Positions 1 through 9,724 of a DNA stretch of 64,000 bases are shown here, piece by piece (within the stretch, counting starts at the first letter, position 1; each line of letters starts with the position of its first letter). Made by a program: the position numbers and the translations under genes. Below the pieces are notes generated by a model. It did not search any database. It was not told the origin of the DNA and saw only the letters and a list, made by a program, of their open reading frames with translations. The DNA is taken from the NCBI GenBank assembly GCA_937915675.1, contig CALGID010000001.1, forward strand, positions 23,504-87,503. Direction: 5' to 3'. The stretch is from an uncultured Anaerolineaceae bacterium. Lineage in GTDB: Bacteria; Chloroflexota; Anaerolineae; Anaerolineales; Anaerolineaceae.

Positions 1-546
1 TTGGGCGTAGATCTTCAGGATGGGTACCAGGGTCATTTGCAGCGGCACGACTTGCAAGCCAACCAGGAGGGCAAAGAGGAAATAACGGCCCTTAAAGTCC
101 AGCCAGCTAAAGGCGTATGCCGCGAACGCCGCGATGAGAATCGGCAGGATCACCGCCGGGATCGTCACCAGCAGGGTGTTCACAAAGGCAATGCCCATCC
201 CGCGCGGGTTCAGCAGGTCCCTGGCGGTGCAGGTCAACCCGATACCCGGGGAGCCGCTGGCACATTCTGCGCGGTAGGTCTTGGTGCCCCGATAACCCAT
301 CAGCGAATCGATGTAGTTATCCAGGGTGAGTGTGGCAGCAGGGCTGCCATCGGCTTGCTTCACTTCCGGGTCCGGGGAAAACACCGTCCACCAGCCCGAT
401 GTGTTGATGCGCTGGATGGGGCGGAAGGAAGTAACAAAGAGCCCGATGGTGGGCAAAAGCCAGATCACCAGAATGATGATGATCAGGATATGCGTGCGCA
501 GCGGGGTGCGCGGCCCGCCGTCCGTGATTTTGCGAGCCTTTTTCAT
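1..546 (-). CDS. ABC sugar-transporter permease (MalG/CUT1-type), N-terminal part; the gene runs off the left edge
   Basis: Hand translation of the minus strand from ATG 546..544 gives MKKARKITDGGPRTPLRTHILIIIILVIWLLPTIGLFVTSF...AAFAAYAFSWLDFKGRYFLF and stays open to position 1. ATGA start/stop overlap with the upstream permease. Missing from the ORF track because there is no stop inside the window. The listed 1..564 (+) ORF is its antisense shadow. Confidence 0.7.
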   Translation of the reverse strand, partial: MKKARKITDGGPRTPLRTHILIIIILVIWLLPTIGLFVTSFRPIQRINTSGWWTVFSPDPEVKQADGSPAATLTLDNYIDSLMGYRGTKTYRAECASGSPGIGLTCTARDLLNPRGMGIAFVNTLLVTIPAVILPILIAAFAAYAFSWLDFKGRYFLFALLVGLQVVPLQMTLVPILKIYAQ

Positions 547-1505
547 CGTATCGCCTCCTGCTGAATGAAGCGCTTGATGTTCATGTAGATGAAGGGGATG
601 ATCAGGATGATCAGGATCACCGCGATGGCTGTCCCGCGCCCGGTGTTGTAGCTGCTGTACATTTCCCGGTACATGCGCGTGGCAATCACGTCGGTGCCAA
701 AGTTGCCGCCCGTCATCACGTAAACAATGTCGAAGAGTTTGAGGGTATTGATCACCATGGTCGTGATCACCACCACGATGGTCGGCGCGATGATGGGCAC
801 CATGATCTGCATGAAGACCTGCCACTCAGTGGCGCCGTCGATGCGGGATGCCTCGATCACTTCCTCGGGGATTGATTTAATGGCGGATGAAAGAATGGTC
901 ATGCAGAAGCCGGTCCACATCCAAACCCCCACGATGATCAGCATGAAGGTGTTCAGAATGGGTTGGGAGAGGAAGGGGATGGCCTTGCCGCCCAAGGCGG
1001 TGATAACCGCGTTGATCACGCCGATCTGCACCTGGGAGGTGCCATAGTTGTACATAAATTTCCAGATCACGCCCGCGCCTACGAATGAAATGGCCATAGG
1101 CATGAAAATGATCGATTTAGCTAGCGGTTCATATTTAACTTTATCGGCCAAAACGGCAAAAACCAGGCCGATGATAACAGTGCCGGCAACCATAAAGACC
1201 ATCCATTTGATGGTGTTGCCGTAGGATGAAGTCCAGAAAGTGTTCCAGGCGGTGAGCGGCGTGCTGGTATTGATCTCGTTGGTGAGCGCGTAGCGGTAGT
1301 TCTCAAGCGCGCCCCAGCAGGCTTCCCCTTCAACACAGGTGGTGGCAGCGGAGGCGCTGGAATCTTTGTTTAAAAAGCTCAGTCCAACGGTATTGATCAT
1401 CGGATAAACGATAAATACGGTCATGATGATCAGGGCTGGTAACACATAGAACCAGGGGGTCCATTTGCCCTGTTTCATGACCGTGGCCACGCGTGGGCTT
1501 GCCAT
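543..1505 (-). CDS. ABC sugar-transporter permease (MalF/CUT1-type)
   Basis: ORF 543..1541 is a multi-TM protein with a binding-protein-dependent permease loop (IKSIPEEVIEASRIDGATEWQVF). Start placed at ATG 1505, which is preceded by AAGGAGG 4 nt upstream. Confidence 0.85.
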   Translation of the reverse strand: MASPRVATVMKQGKWTPWFYVLPALIIMTVFIVYPMINTVGLSFLNKDSSASAATTCVEGEACWGALENYRYALTNEINTSTPLTAWNTFWTSSYGNTIKWMVFMVAGTVIIGLVFAVLADKVKYEPLAKSIIFMPMAISFVGAGVIWKFMYNYGTSQVQIGVINAVITALGGKAIPFLSQPILNTFMLIIVGVWMWTGFCMTILSSAIKSIPEEVIEASRIDGATEWQVFMQIMVPIIAPTIVVVITTMVINTLKLFDIVYVMTGGNFGTDVIATRMYREMYSSYNTGRGTAIAVILIILIIPFIYMNIKRFIQQEAIR

Positions 1506-1567
1506 TTTCCCTCCTTTAAAGATTAGGAAGGAGGCGGCCATTGGCCGCCTCCGCTAAAACCAGAAAA

Positions 1568-2875
1568 CTATTTGGTGCCTTCGGCTTGTGCAGCTGCGAT
1601 GGTGCTCAAAATCTGGGCAAGATCGCCGCCATTGACCCAATCGGTCACGCCGCGGAATTCCGTTACGCCAAAGCCGGGGATGGCATCGCCAATATCGGCA
1701 ACGAAGCCAGTGGTGGCTGCTAGCATCTCGGCCTTTTTGGCCAGGGAAGCATCTTCGTAGGTGGTGGTGCCGGCTTTGTTCGGGGTGAGATCGAAGCCGA
1801 CCTTGGCCCATTCTTCGCCGCCCTTATTGGAGGCCAGGTAGGCAAACAAGGCTTTCACTGCGGGTTTATCGCTGAAGGCCATGCCCCAGTCGGCGCCGCC
1901 CTGCAGGCCCTTCACGCCAGGTACCTGGAAGAAGTCAAAATCTTCGCCGTAAACCAGGGTGGGGTAGGTGGTGGTGATTTGTCCGGCAGCAAAACCGCTC
2001 TGTTTGACCATCATGGCCTCGGGCGGAGTGCTGAAGACTTTGTTGATCGCGTCGTTGAAGTTGGTTGAAACAGTACCCGCGGCGCCGCCGATGGTGTACT
2101 TTTCGTCCTTGGCCCATTTGCCGTAGATTTCGTAGGCTTCCTGCACGCCGGGATCGTTGTAGGGGGTAGTGCCGGCAATGACGGCATCCACGTATTCGGG
2201 GCCTTGCTTCACCAGGATGATGTCCTCGATGAAGTCGGTTCCGGTCCAGCCGGTGGCGTCGCCGGATTCCATACCCATGGACCACGGCACTTTGCCATCA
2301 GCAACCATCTTTTCTACCAGGGCGTCCAGTTCTTCCCAGGTGGTGGGAACGGTGTAGCCGGCTTCCGTGAAGGCCTTAGGAGAGTACCAAACGATGCTCT
2401 TGATATCGGCCTTAACAGGCAGACCCAGCAGTTTGCCATCAATGGTGCCCATGGCTTTCCAGTAGTCGGCATAGTTGGCGGCATCCACGCCGAGGGCGTC
2501 CATGGCAACCAGTTTTTCCGCGTACTGCTTGAGCTGCGTGGAACCCCAGAAAACAACATCCGGCGGTGTGCCGGCCTGCACTTTGGTGTCCAGCAGGGCT
2601 TGGTCGCGCGAGGCTTCAGGCACGATGGCAACGCCGCAGGCATCCACAAAGGGTTTCAGGATGGCATTCAGCCTTTCTTCTTCCTGGCCAGACCACTGGT
2701 AAAGCATGCTGATCTGGTCGCCAGCCGTAACGCCTTCGCAGGAAATATCGCTCGGGGCGGGCTGCGGCTGGGGTTGCGGGGCGGCGGTTGGGGCCGGGGT
2801 GGCGCAGGCAGCCAGCAGCATGCTGGCAACGAGCACTACCGAAAGGATGGCCCAAAACTTGCTTTTCTTAAACAT
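1568..2875 (-). CDS. Extracellular solute-binding lipoprotein of a sugar ABC transporter (family 1)
   Basis: ORF 1568..2935. Start moved to ATG 2875 (AAAGGAG 5 nt upstream), giving MFKKSKFWAILSVVLVASMLLAAC with lipobox LLAAC. Lies directly upstream of two permease genes. Confidence 0.85.
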   Translation of the reverse strand: MFKKSKFWAILSVVLVASMLLAACATPAPTAAPQPQPQPAPSDISCEGVTAGDQISMLYQWSGQEEERLNAILKPFVDACGVAIVPEASRDQALLDTKVQAGTPPDVVFWGSTQLKQYAEKLVAMDALGVDAANYADYWKAMGTIDGKLLGLPVKADIKSIVWYSPKAFTEAGYTVPTTWEELDALVEKMVADGKVPWSMGMESGDATGWTGTDFIEDIILVKQGPEYVDAVIAGTTPYNDPGVQEAYEIYGKWAKDEKYTIGGAAGTVSTNFNDAINKVFSTPPEAMMVKQSGFAAGQITTTYPTLVYGEDFDFFQVPGVKGLQGGADWGMAFSDKPAVKALFAYLASNKGGEEWAKVGFDLTPNKAGTTTYEDASLAKKAEMLAATTGFVADIGDAIPGFGVTEFRGVTDWVNGGDLAQILSTIAAAQAEGTK

Positions 2876-2939
2876 TGTGACTCCTTTAGGGTTTGAATAA
2901 GATTGGGACGACGAATTTCTTCTTGCTTGAAACATTTGG

Positions 2940-3971
2940 CTAAGCCTTCAGAGCCCGCACAGAAGCGCGGGTAACCAGTTCGGTCGGAAGTTTGATCATA
3001 TGGCTCTCGGGGGCATCGCCTTTCATTAAGCGCATCAGCAAATGGCAGGACTCTCTTGCGATCTCATTGCTGGGCATGTCAACAGTAGTAAGGGGTGGGT
3101 TGGTATAGGCGGAAAAGGGCAGGTTATCGAAGCCGACCACCGAAATATCGCCCGGGATCGTAAGCCCGGCGGCATGGATGGCCTGGATGGCACCCAGGGC
3201 CACGTTATCGGAGGCAACGAAGACTGCCGTAAACGTCTGGCGGCTGGCCAGCAGGTCCTGCATCTGCGTATAGCCGCTTTCAGGGTCAAAATCAGCATGA
3301 CGTACCAGCTGATCGGAATAGGGCAAACCGGCTTCTTTGAGCGCCTGGCGGTAACCTTGCAGGCGTTCGTAGGCCGATGAATAGGGCGAAGGGGCATTGG
3401 TGATGCAGGCGATTTGGCTGTGCCCGTTGGCAATGAGGTGGTCCACCGCCATTTTGGCCGAGGCCACGTTGTCAACGTCCACAGCGTAAAGCTTGGAGCC
3501 GGGCACATGGCCCATGAGCACCGCCGGGATTCCGTATTCTTCGATGGCTTTCAGGCCGGCATCGTCGAAACGCGGGGTCATCAGGATCATCCCGTCGATA
3601 TGCTTGGATTTAGTAAGGTCCTGGTAAACGCGGGCTTGTTGGCCTACCTCTACCAGTTCGATGAGCAGCGAGAGATTATCGGCCTTGGTCACGTCGATCA
3701 GGCCGGCAATGATTTGGCTGAGGAAGGGGTCGGAGGAAATATAGCGCGGGTTGCGGGTGATGATCAGGCCGATGGCCTTGGCCTGGTCCGAGGCGAGGGC
3801 GCGGGCGGAAGCATTGGGCACGTAACCCAGTTCTTGGGCAGCCTGGTGCACTTTGGCGCGGGTTTCGGGGCGGATGGAGAAACGCTTGACATCATTCAGC
3901 ACGAACGAAACGGTGGTGCGGGAAACACCTGCCCGATCGGCTACATCCTGACTTGTGACCCGTTTCTGCAT
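2940..3971 (-). CDS. LacI/GalR-family transcriptional regulator
   Basis: N-terminal HTH VTSQDVADRAGVSRTTVSFVLN followed by a periplasmic-binding-fold effector domain. It heads the sugar ABC operon. Confidence 0.9.
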   Translation of the reverse strand: MQKRVTSQDVADRAGVSRTTVSFVLNDVKRFSIRPETRAKVHQAAQELGYVPNASARALASDQAKAIGLIITRNPRYISSDPFLSQIIAGLIDVTKADNLSLLIELVEVGQQARVYQDLTKSKHIDGMILMTPRFDDAGLKAIEEYGIPAVLMGHVPGSKLYAVDVDNVASAKMAVDHLIANGHSQIACITNAPSPYSSAYERLQGYRQALKEAGLPYSDQLVRHADFDPESGYTQMQDLLASRQTFTAVFVASDNVALGAIQAIHAAGLTIPGDISVVGFDNLPFSAYTNPPLTTVDMPSNEIARESCHLLMRLMKGDAPESHMIKLPTELVTRASVRALKA

Positions 3972-4141
3972 GCTCTCCCTTCCCTAGCAGGTTATTAACG
4001 CGGGTTAATAGGATGTTTTTAGTATAGCGAGTCTTTTGGGAAGAGTCAAGCAGAATCACAATATTTGTGAAATGTGACTTCTAGGATCGTGTGTTGGGTA
4101 GGGTAGAGACGATCGCTCACCGGTAATCACAGGCGCGTAGG

Positions 4142-4176
4142 GTAGGGGAGAGACAACCATCGGGAGGCTCTCCCGC
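4142..4176. repeat. Hairpin repeat, GTAGGGGAGAGAC...CTCTCCCGC family, copy 1
   Basis: GTAGGGGAGAGACAACCATCGGGAGGCTCTCCCGC. The GGGAGAG/CTCTCCC arms can pair. Lies in a 556-bp non-coding gap. Confidence 0.6.
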
Positions 4177-4326
4177 AAGTGCCGAAAGTCCTGGAGAGTT
4201 CGGTTGTCAGGACCACTTGTTCTATCGGGACGACCTCACTCTGTTCGATCGTCCCCAACCCGACGGGTTTTCGATTTACCACGTTCGCTGTCCTTGCAAC
4301 CGTTGAAAAACTGCCAAGAGCGTCTG

Positions 4327-4361
4327 GTAGGGGAGAGACGACCACGGGGAGGCTCTCCCGC
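4327..4361. repeat. Hairpin repeat, GTAGGGGAGAGAC...CTCTCCCGC family, copy 2
   Basis: GTAGGGGAGAGACGACCACGGGGAGGCTCTCCCGC, near-identical to copy 1 and 185 bp away from it. Confidence 0.6.
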
Positions 4362-4527
4362 GCCTGGAGAAAATAATTGCGTGGAATGGGGCTTACGGTC
4401 TCCCCACCCTGTCCTGACGGACCACCCTCCCCGCAAGGGGAGGGCATTCACTCCGAATCCCTGAGATTTTTACAAAATATTCGTGGAGGGGAAATTACGC
4501 CCTGCGAAGGTCCTCCCCGCTAACCCA

Positions 4528-5823
4528 TCACTCGTATTTCAGCGCGTTGACCGGCACGAGCATTGCCGCATTGAGGGCTGGGTAAAGCCCGGAAAGCAAA
4601 CCCACAATCGTTGCAAAAAGCACACTAAAGATCGGCAGCCACCAGGGGGTAACCGTGGCCAAACTGCCGCCGCCCATCATCCCCATCGAACCCCCGCCCG
4701 TTTGCGATGAGGCGAAGGTGTTGATCACCACGCTGATCAGCAAGGCCAGCAAAACCCCGCCGATCCCGCCCAGGAAGCCGATCCCGGCTGCCTCGCCCAG
4801 GAAGATGCTTAAAATATTCTTGTTGGAAGCCCCAATGGCCTTCATGATCCCAATCTCGCGCGTACGCTCCAGGATCGCCATGGTCATCGTGTTGGCAATC
4901 CCGATGGCCGCGACCAGCAGCGAAATAGCCCCAACACCGCCAAAGACCACTTGCATCATCGTAAAGAAGGAGTTGATACCCTGCACCGTGGATTGCGGGC
5001 TGTAGGCCTGCAGGCCCAGGTCGTTGATCTGCTGGGTGATTTCCGTGGTTTGTTTGGGGTCGCTGGCCTTGACGATCAGCTGGTTGTAACCCTCCTTGCG
5101 CCGGTCTATCTTTTTGCCCGTCATCCACTCGTTCCAGGCATTCACCTCGTTCAGCGTCAGATAAATATTGCCGTCTGACGGCCCTCGGGTCTCCTTAAGC
5201 ACGCCAACCACTTCCAGCATTACGGTCTTCTTGCTTTCAACACCATCGGAACTCCACTTGGTGAGCACAATTTTCAATGTCTTGCCCATCAAGTCCGGCG
5301 GTTCGGGCGGGGGGTCGTTGGGCCGCTGCTGTGGGTTATAGAAGTTGCGAGGGATCCAGGAGCCAATCACCACCTTGCCGCGCTCGATCTTGGTCACACC
5401 CTGGCTGGCTTCCAGGCCCAGTTGGGCCATATCGTCAATGTTCACTCCCGCCAGGCTGGCATACGACTCCAACCGTTCAAAGCCAATGTTGGCTCCTCCG
5501 CGGAAGTAATCCTGAATCACCACCAGGCTCACGCCCGGGATGGCCTGAATTTTGGCAATGCTGCTGTCATCAATTTTCTTGATATCGCTTTCCGAGATCG
5601 CGCCTTGCATATTCTGCGGGTACCCCGGCGAAACCTGGATGGAGCTTAGATCACTGATGCCCCAAAGCTGGCTGGTAGCGTTTTTCTGCAGGCCCAGGCC
5701 CAGGGAAACCAGGGTCACCACCGCGGCGGTGCCGATGACCACGCCAACGGCAGTCAGCACCACGCGGCCTTTACGCCGGTTAAGGTTATCCAGTATCAGG
5801 CTGAACAGGTCAGAAAAACGCAT
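4528..5823 (-). CDS. MacB/FtsX-type ABC transporter permease
   Basis: 431 aa: N-terminal TM, a large extracytoplasmic domain, and a C-terminal FtsX-like TM bundle (LERTREIGIMKAIGASNKNI). Last gene of the operon that contains the ATPase at 7399..8127. Confidence 0.85.
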   Translation of the reverse strand: MRFSDLFSLILDNLNRRKGRVVLTAVGVVIGTAAVVTLVSLGLGLQKNATSQLWGISDLSSIQVSPGYPQNMQGAISESDIKKIDDSSIAKIQAIPGVSLVVIQDYFRGGANIGFERLESYASLAGVNIDDMAQLGLEASQGVTKIERGKVVIGSWIPRNFYNPQQRPNDPPPEPPDLMGKTLKIVLTKWSSDGVESKKTVMLEVVGVLKETRGPSDGNIYLTLNEVNAWNEWMTGKKIDRRKEGYNQLIVKASDPKQTTEITQQINDLGLQAYSPQSTVQGINSFFTMMQVVFGGVGAISLLVAAIGIANTMTMAILERTREIGIMKAIGASNKNILSIFLGEAAGIGFLGGIGGVLLALLISVVINTFASSQTGGGSMGMMGGGSLATVTPWWLPIFSVLFATIVGLLSGLYPALNAAMLVPVNALKYE

Positions 5824-5857
5824 GATCCTTCCTTTTAATTAAGTGGGCGGTGAAACC

Positions 5858-7402
5858 CTATCCGCCAAAATCTTTGGGCATGGGCATGTCGCTGGGGCCA
5901 GGGCCTTCAGGACCCGCGGGCGCGGGTGTTTCGCCTTTGCCGATGCCGAAGAAAGCCTTGATCGAAGTCCAAAGCTTGGCTAGAAAACCTTCTTCGGTCT
6001 CGGGTCCTTCAGGGCTCATGTTCATCCCAGGATCACCGGTTGGCATTCCCGTATTGGGGTCAATCCCGGGTTGCATCACGGGTTTTCCATCCGGGCCGAT
6101 GATCGGCTTGCCATCGGGGCCAAGCATGGGCATTTCCCCGGAACTCGCCGGACCGCCCTCTTCCACCTTGATCGTCTCCTCTGCATTGAAGGTGCGCAGT
6201 TGGTTGAAATCGTCCGTGTAGCGGATCTCGTACAGCAGTTTGTGCTCACCTGCGGTAGCAGGTGTGTAGTTCGCGTCCAGGGTAAAGTATCCGCCCGGGT
6301 CAAGCGTGCCCACCAGAACCGTGTTGTTTTCCACGTTGCCGTCGGTGGCTTTCACGGTGATGTTGCCCAGTACAACGGATTTGCGCGCCAGGTTGGTAAC
6401 CTGTATGGGCAGCGAGCTCATCTGCCCCGCGCTTAGCGGTCCCGGGTCGCGGTAGAAGCCGATCTCCAGCTGCGGCAGGGCATATACCAGCAGGGTGATG
6501 GATTGATCGTCGCTCAGGCGGTTGCCCTTGGGGTCCGTATAAACAAACGAGACCTTAAGCGGATAGGTGCCGGGTGTAGTGGAAACGTTGACGATGAAAT
6601 CCTGCAAGGTTTCCTTCGTGCCGGCCATAGGCATGTCGCCCAGCAGCACGATGTTGGAGGAGCCCAAGGGGGAGAAGTTGGTGGTATCCGCCCCGGAGCC
6701 GGATACGCCTCCGGGCTGAGGAGTGCCCTGCACTTCGCTGGTTTGCAGGGTGCCGCCGCCGTAAATCAGGGAGACGTTGCTGGCGTTGGCCTGGCCAACA
6801 TTGCCCACATGCAGCTTGAGTTTAAAACTGGTGCCCGGCTGCAGGGGGTTAACATCGGTCTCGAAGCTCTTAACCACCATCAAGGGCCGCGGGTCGGAAC
6901 TGGGGGTGGGCGTCTTGGTGGCCGCCGTGGTGCCTGCTTGTTCGATGGCGATGGTGAAAGTAAAGGATTGGGAATATGGATTGCCATCAGGGTCGGTGTA
7001 GGTCAAACTGGCTGTGAGCGGAGCGGTGTATTTCCAAGAACCCTCTGCTGATACTCGGAATGCGTGGTCAACCCGGGAAACATCAGGAGGTTTACCTTCT
7101 TCAGTCGGTTTAATGAAGGGTTGTGTCCATACGCCCCCGTCTAATGGCTCAAAATCCGCGCCTGAAAAGGAGAGGACGATGTTGTTCGCAGGTAATTTGC
7201 CATTGTTGGCAAGGTCGATTTGTATCGTGAAGGTCTTCCAAGGAGAAATTGCGACCCCTGGCCTTGGTTCATAACTCACGACATAAAGCATTGGCCTTTC
7301 CGTTGGCTGACTTTGCGCGTAGCCACGATTAATAATAATTGGGCTCAGCGTCAGTATCGCGACCAAAAAGAAGGGCAGCAATTTCAACAGCGATTTTTTC
7401 AT
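5858..7402 (-). CDS. Secreted repeat protein with CARDB/COG1361-like cell-surface beta-sandwich segments
   Basis: Signal peptide [21 protein letters not shown]. Recurring segments with N-x-G-x-x-x-A-x-N-V/I-x-L type motifs (LANNGKLPANNIVLSF, VGNVGQANASNVSLIY, VTNLARKSVVLGNITV). Pro/Gly-rich C-terminus. 4-nt overlap with the upstream ATPase gene. Confidence 0.6.
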   Translation of the reverse strand: MKKSLLKLLPFFLVAILTLSPIIINRGYAQSQPTERPMLYVVSYEPRPGVAISPWKTFTIQIDLANNGKLPANNIVLSFSGADFEPLDGGVWTQPFIKPTEEGKPPDVSRVDHAFRVSAEGSWKYTAPLTASLTYTDPDGNPYSQSFTFTIAIEQAGTTAATKTPTPSSDPRPLMVVKSFETDVNPLQPGTSFKLKLHVGNVGQANASNVSLIYGGGTLQTSEVQGTPQPGGVSGSGADTTNFSPLGSSNIVLLGDMPMAGTKETLQDFIVNVSTTPGTYPLKVSFVYTDPKGNRLSDDQSITLLVYALPQLEIGFYRDPGPLSAGQMSSLPIQVTNLARKSVVLGNITVKATDGNVENNTVLVGTLDPGGYFTLDANYTPATAGEHKLLYEIRYTDDFNQLRTFNAEETIKVEEGGPASSGEMPMLGPDGKPIIGPDGKPVMQPGIDPNTGMPTGDPGMNMSPEGPETEEGFLAKLWTSIKAFFGIGKGETPAPAGPEGPGPSDMPMPKDFGG

Positions 7403-8127
7403 CGTTTCACCTCATTAGCCAACTGCAAAGTGGCCTTTTGATATTCTTCAGTGCTCACGCGCTTCCCATCCAGCAGGTAGATCGTGTCGCTGGCAAAATT
7501 GAGCATGCGCGGGTCATGCGTTGCAACCAAAATGGTTTTCCCGGCTTGGTGCAGTTCGTCCAGCATTTGCATGATGGCAATGCCGCTGGCCGTATCCAGG
7601 TTGCCGGTAGGTTCATCGGCCAAAAGGATCTCCGGGTCGTTGATCAGAGCGCGGGCTACGGCCACGCGCTGCTGCTGTCCGCCGCTCAATTCGGTGGGGC
7701 GGTGCCCAATGCGGTTTTCAAGCCCCACGCGCTTCAGCAGCTTCACCGCGCGCTCATAGCGTTCTGCGCGGCGCACGCCCGAGAAGCGCAATGGAAAACT
7801 AACGTTGTCTTCGGCGGTCATTGTGGACACCAGGTTGAAGGATTGAAAAATAAAGCCGATCTTATCGCGGCGGTATTCGGCCAGGGCGTTTTCATCCATG
7901 CTTTCGATGGCTTCGCCATCCACTGTGATACTTCCGCTGGTGGGCCAGTCCAGCCCGCCGATCATGTAGAGCATGGTGCTCTTGCCGGAACCGCTGGGGC
8001 CCATCAGCACCGTAAATGAACCGCGCCTGATCTCCAGGTCAATGCCATCCAGGGCGTGTACCTCGGTCTCGCCCATCACGTAGGTTTTACGCAGGTCCTG
8101 CGTGGACACAAAAGCCGAATCGCTCAT
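7399..8127 (-). CDS. ABC transporter ATP-binding protein (MacB/LolD type)
   Basis: Walker [10 protein letters not shown], signature [15 protein letters not shown], Walker [13 protein letters not shown]. Confidence 0.92.
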   Translation of the reverse strand: MSDSAFVSTQDLRKTYVMGETEVHALDGIDLEIRRGSFTVLMGPSGSGKSTMLYMIGGLDWPTSGSITVDGEAIESMDENALAEYRRDKIGFIFQSFNLVSTMTAEDNVSFPLRFSGVRRAERYERAVKLLKRVGLENRIGHRPTELSGGQQQRVAVARALINDPEILLADEPTGNLDTASGIAIMQMLDELHQAGKTILVATHDPRMLNFASDTIYLLDGKRVSTEEYQKATLQLANEVKR

Positions 8128-8134
8128 GCTCTTC

Positions 8135-8941
8135 CTAGAAACTGGCGTTGCCTGCTGCCTTTCCCAGCCAGGAGTTGATCAAACCGGGAACCGCGCTAAG
8201 GATCAGCACCAGGACCACGCAGATTAAGGTAGCCCAGAAAGCTTTGGCAGGTTTTAATTGTGAAAGCGGAGCGGCCGCTACCAGGCAAAGGATGGCAAAC
8301 CACAGCCAATAGGCATCCATGCCAGCCAATACAAAGCGAATAAAACTCAGGAAACCGGTCGCGTCCGCGGCTACCCAGGTGGAAAGCCCGGTAGGCGCGC
8401 CAAGCGTTCGCGTGACCAAAGTGTTGATGATCTGAACCAAAACGCGCAGCACCAAGGGCAGCATGGCCCAGGCTACCACATTGCTCACCTTCACCCGCGC
8501 CACGCGTGAGCCGGTCAGGGTGAGGATGAGGTGCCAAATAGCGGCAAAAACGAACCAAAGCACCCAGTACCCGGTGATGCCCTTCAGCAGGGGGAAGACG
8601 ATCATGAACATCGGTCCCACCTTATTGTTCTGGCTCTCAAAGTACTTGGCCTGGTCGGCATCGCTCCACCACTGGAAGCCGTCCGGAACTTCACCGTTGC
8701 CGGCCTGGGCAATTTGGGTGCGAATGGGAGCAGCCACCAGGGCGCTGATGACCACGAGGACTGAGATGAGCAAAAGCGGGGTGAGCCAAACGGGTTTCTC
8801 CGCGGCGATCACCTTTTTCAGCGTGCTCCTGGGTTTGATAAAAATCCCGGGAATCCATGCAAAATTCCAAGCAATCGGCTGGCGTTTTGCTTTGGCTGGC
8901 TTGACCGGGGCTTCGCTGATCTCTTCTGTGTTCAATGTCAT
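8135..8941 (-). CDS. Yip1-domain-like integral membrane protein
   Basis: 268 aa with a polar N-terminus followed by several hydrophobic helices. Overall layout resembles Yip1-family proteins. First gene of the ABC operon, 7 nt from the ATPase gene. Confidence 0.55.
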   Translation of the reverse strand: MTLNTEEISEAPVKPAKAKRQPIAWNFAWIPGIFIKPRSTLKKVIAAEKPVWLTPLLLISVLVVISALVAAPIRTQIAQAGNGEVPDGFQWWSDADQAKYFESQNNKVGPMFMIVFPLLKGITGYWVLWFVFAAIWHLILTLTGSRVARVKVSNVVAWAMLPLVLRVLVQIINTLVTRTLGAPTGLSTWVAADATGFLSFIRFVLAGMDAYWLWFAILCLVAAAPLSQLKPAKAFWATLICVVLVLILSAVPGLINSWLGKAAGNASF

Positions 8942-9070
8942 AGCAACCTCAATTGACCTGTTGGCAGGTTTTTATTTAGACGCAGCAGCAGTGTCTATTG
9001 TTCCCGAAGGAACAATGGGATTATAGCCCCTGACCTGATTTTTCTTCAGATATGACAAATTTGTAATGAA

Positions 9071-9724
9071 TTAATCGGAACCATCCAGGGGCACGATTCC
9101 ATAGCGCAAGGCAATGATCACCGCCTGGGTACGGTCGGCAGCGCCTAGTTTGGCGAAGAGGCTGCTGAGGTAATTGCGCACTGTGCCTTCTGAAAGGTAA
9201 AGCCGCCCGGCGATCTCGCTATTGCTCAGCCCTGCACACAGCAGCTTCAGGATCTCCTGCTCGCGCTCGTTCAGGTCGAAATCACTTTCGATGATCGGCT
9301 GGCGGGCATGCTGGGCGCTTTGCATCACCCGGCCCGTGATCGCGGGGTCCAGGTAGTGGTTGCCTTCCAGGGTGCCCTTGATGGCAGCAATCAGTTCATC
9401 GCGGGGCCGGTCCTTTAAAAGGTAGCCGGAGGCGCCTTCACGCAGGGCATCAAAAAGCCAGTTATCGTCGGTGTAGGTGGTCAGCACCAGAATGGGCAGG
9501 TCCGGCTGGGTGGCGCGGATGCGCCGGATGGCCTGCACACCGTTCATGACCGGCATTTGCAGGTCCATAAGCACCAGGTCTGGCTTTAACCGGGCAGCCA
9601 GGTCTACCGCGTCCCTCCCATTGTGGGCAATCCCCGCGATGCTCAGTTCCGGGTCTGTCTCCAGGATACGCTGCAACCCGGCGCAAACAATTTCCTGGTC
9701 GTCACAAATCAAGAGGCGTTTCAT
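9071..9724 (-). CDS. LuxR/NarL-family response regulator
   Basis: Receiver domain (LLICDDQ...DLVLMDLQMP) plus a LuxR HTH (LNEREQEILKLLCAGLSNSEIAGRLYLSEGTVRNYL). Start moved to ATG 9724 (MKRLLICDD), overlapping the kinase stop. Confidence 0.9.
   Translation of the reverse strand: MKRLLICDDQEIVCAGLQRILETDPELSIAGIAHNGRDAVDLAARLKPDLVLMDLQMPVMNGVQAIRRIRATQPDLPILVLTTYTDDNWLFDALREGASGYLLKDRPRDELIAAIKGTLEGNHYLDPAITGRVMQSAQHARQPIIESDFDLNEREQEILKLLCAGLSNSEIAGRLYLSEGTVRNYLSSLFAKLGAADRTQAVIIALRYGIVPLDGSD

Noticed and set aside
4183-4190. GAAAGTCC motif reminiscent of the RNase P RNA CR-I region, in a structured non-coding gap
   Set aside because: The surrounding sequence lacks the other conserved RNase P elements (for example the ACAGAACCCGGCUUA-like CR-V region). 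The region is better explained by REP-like hairpin repeats.
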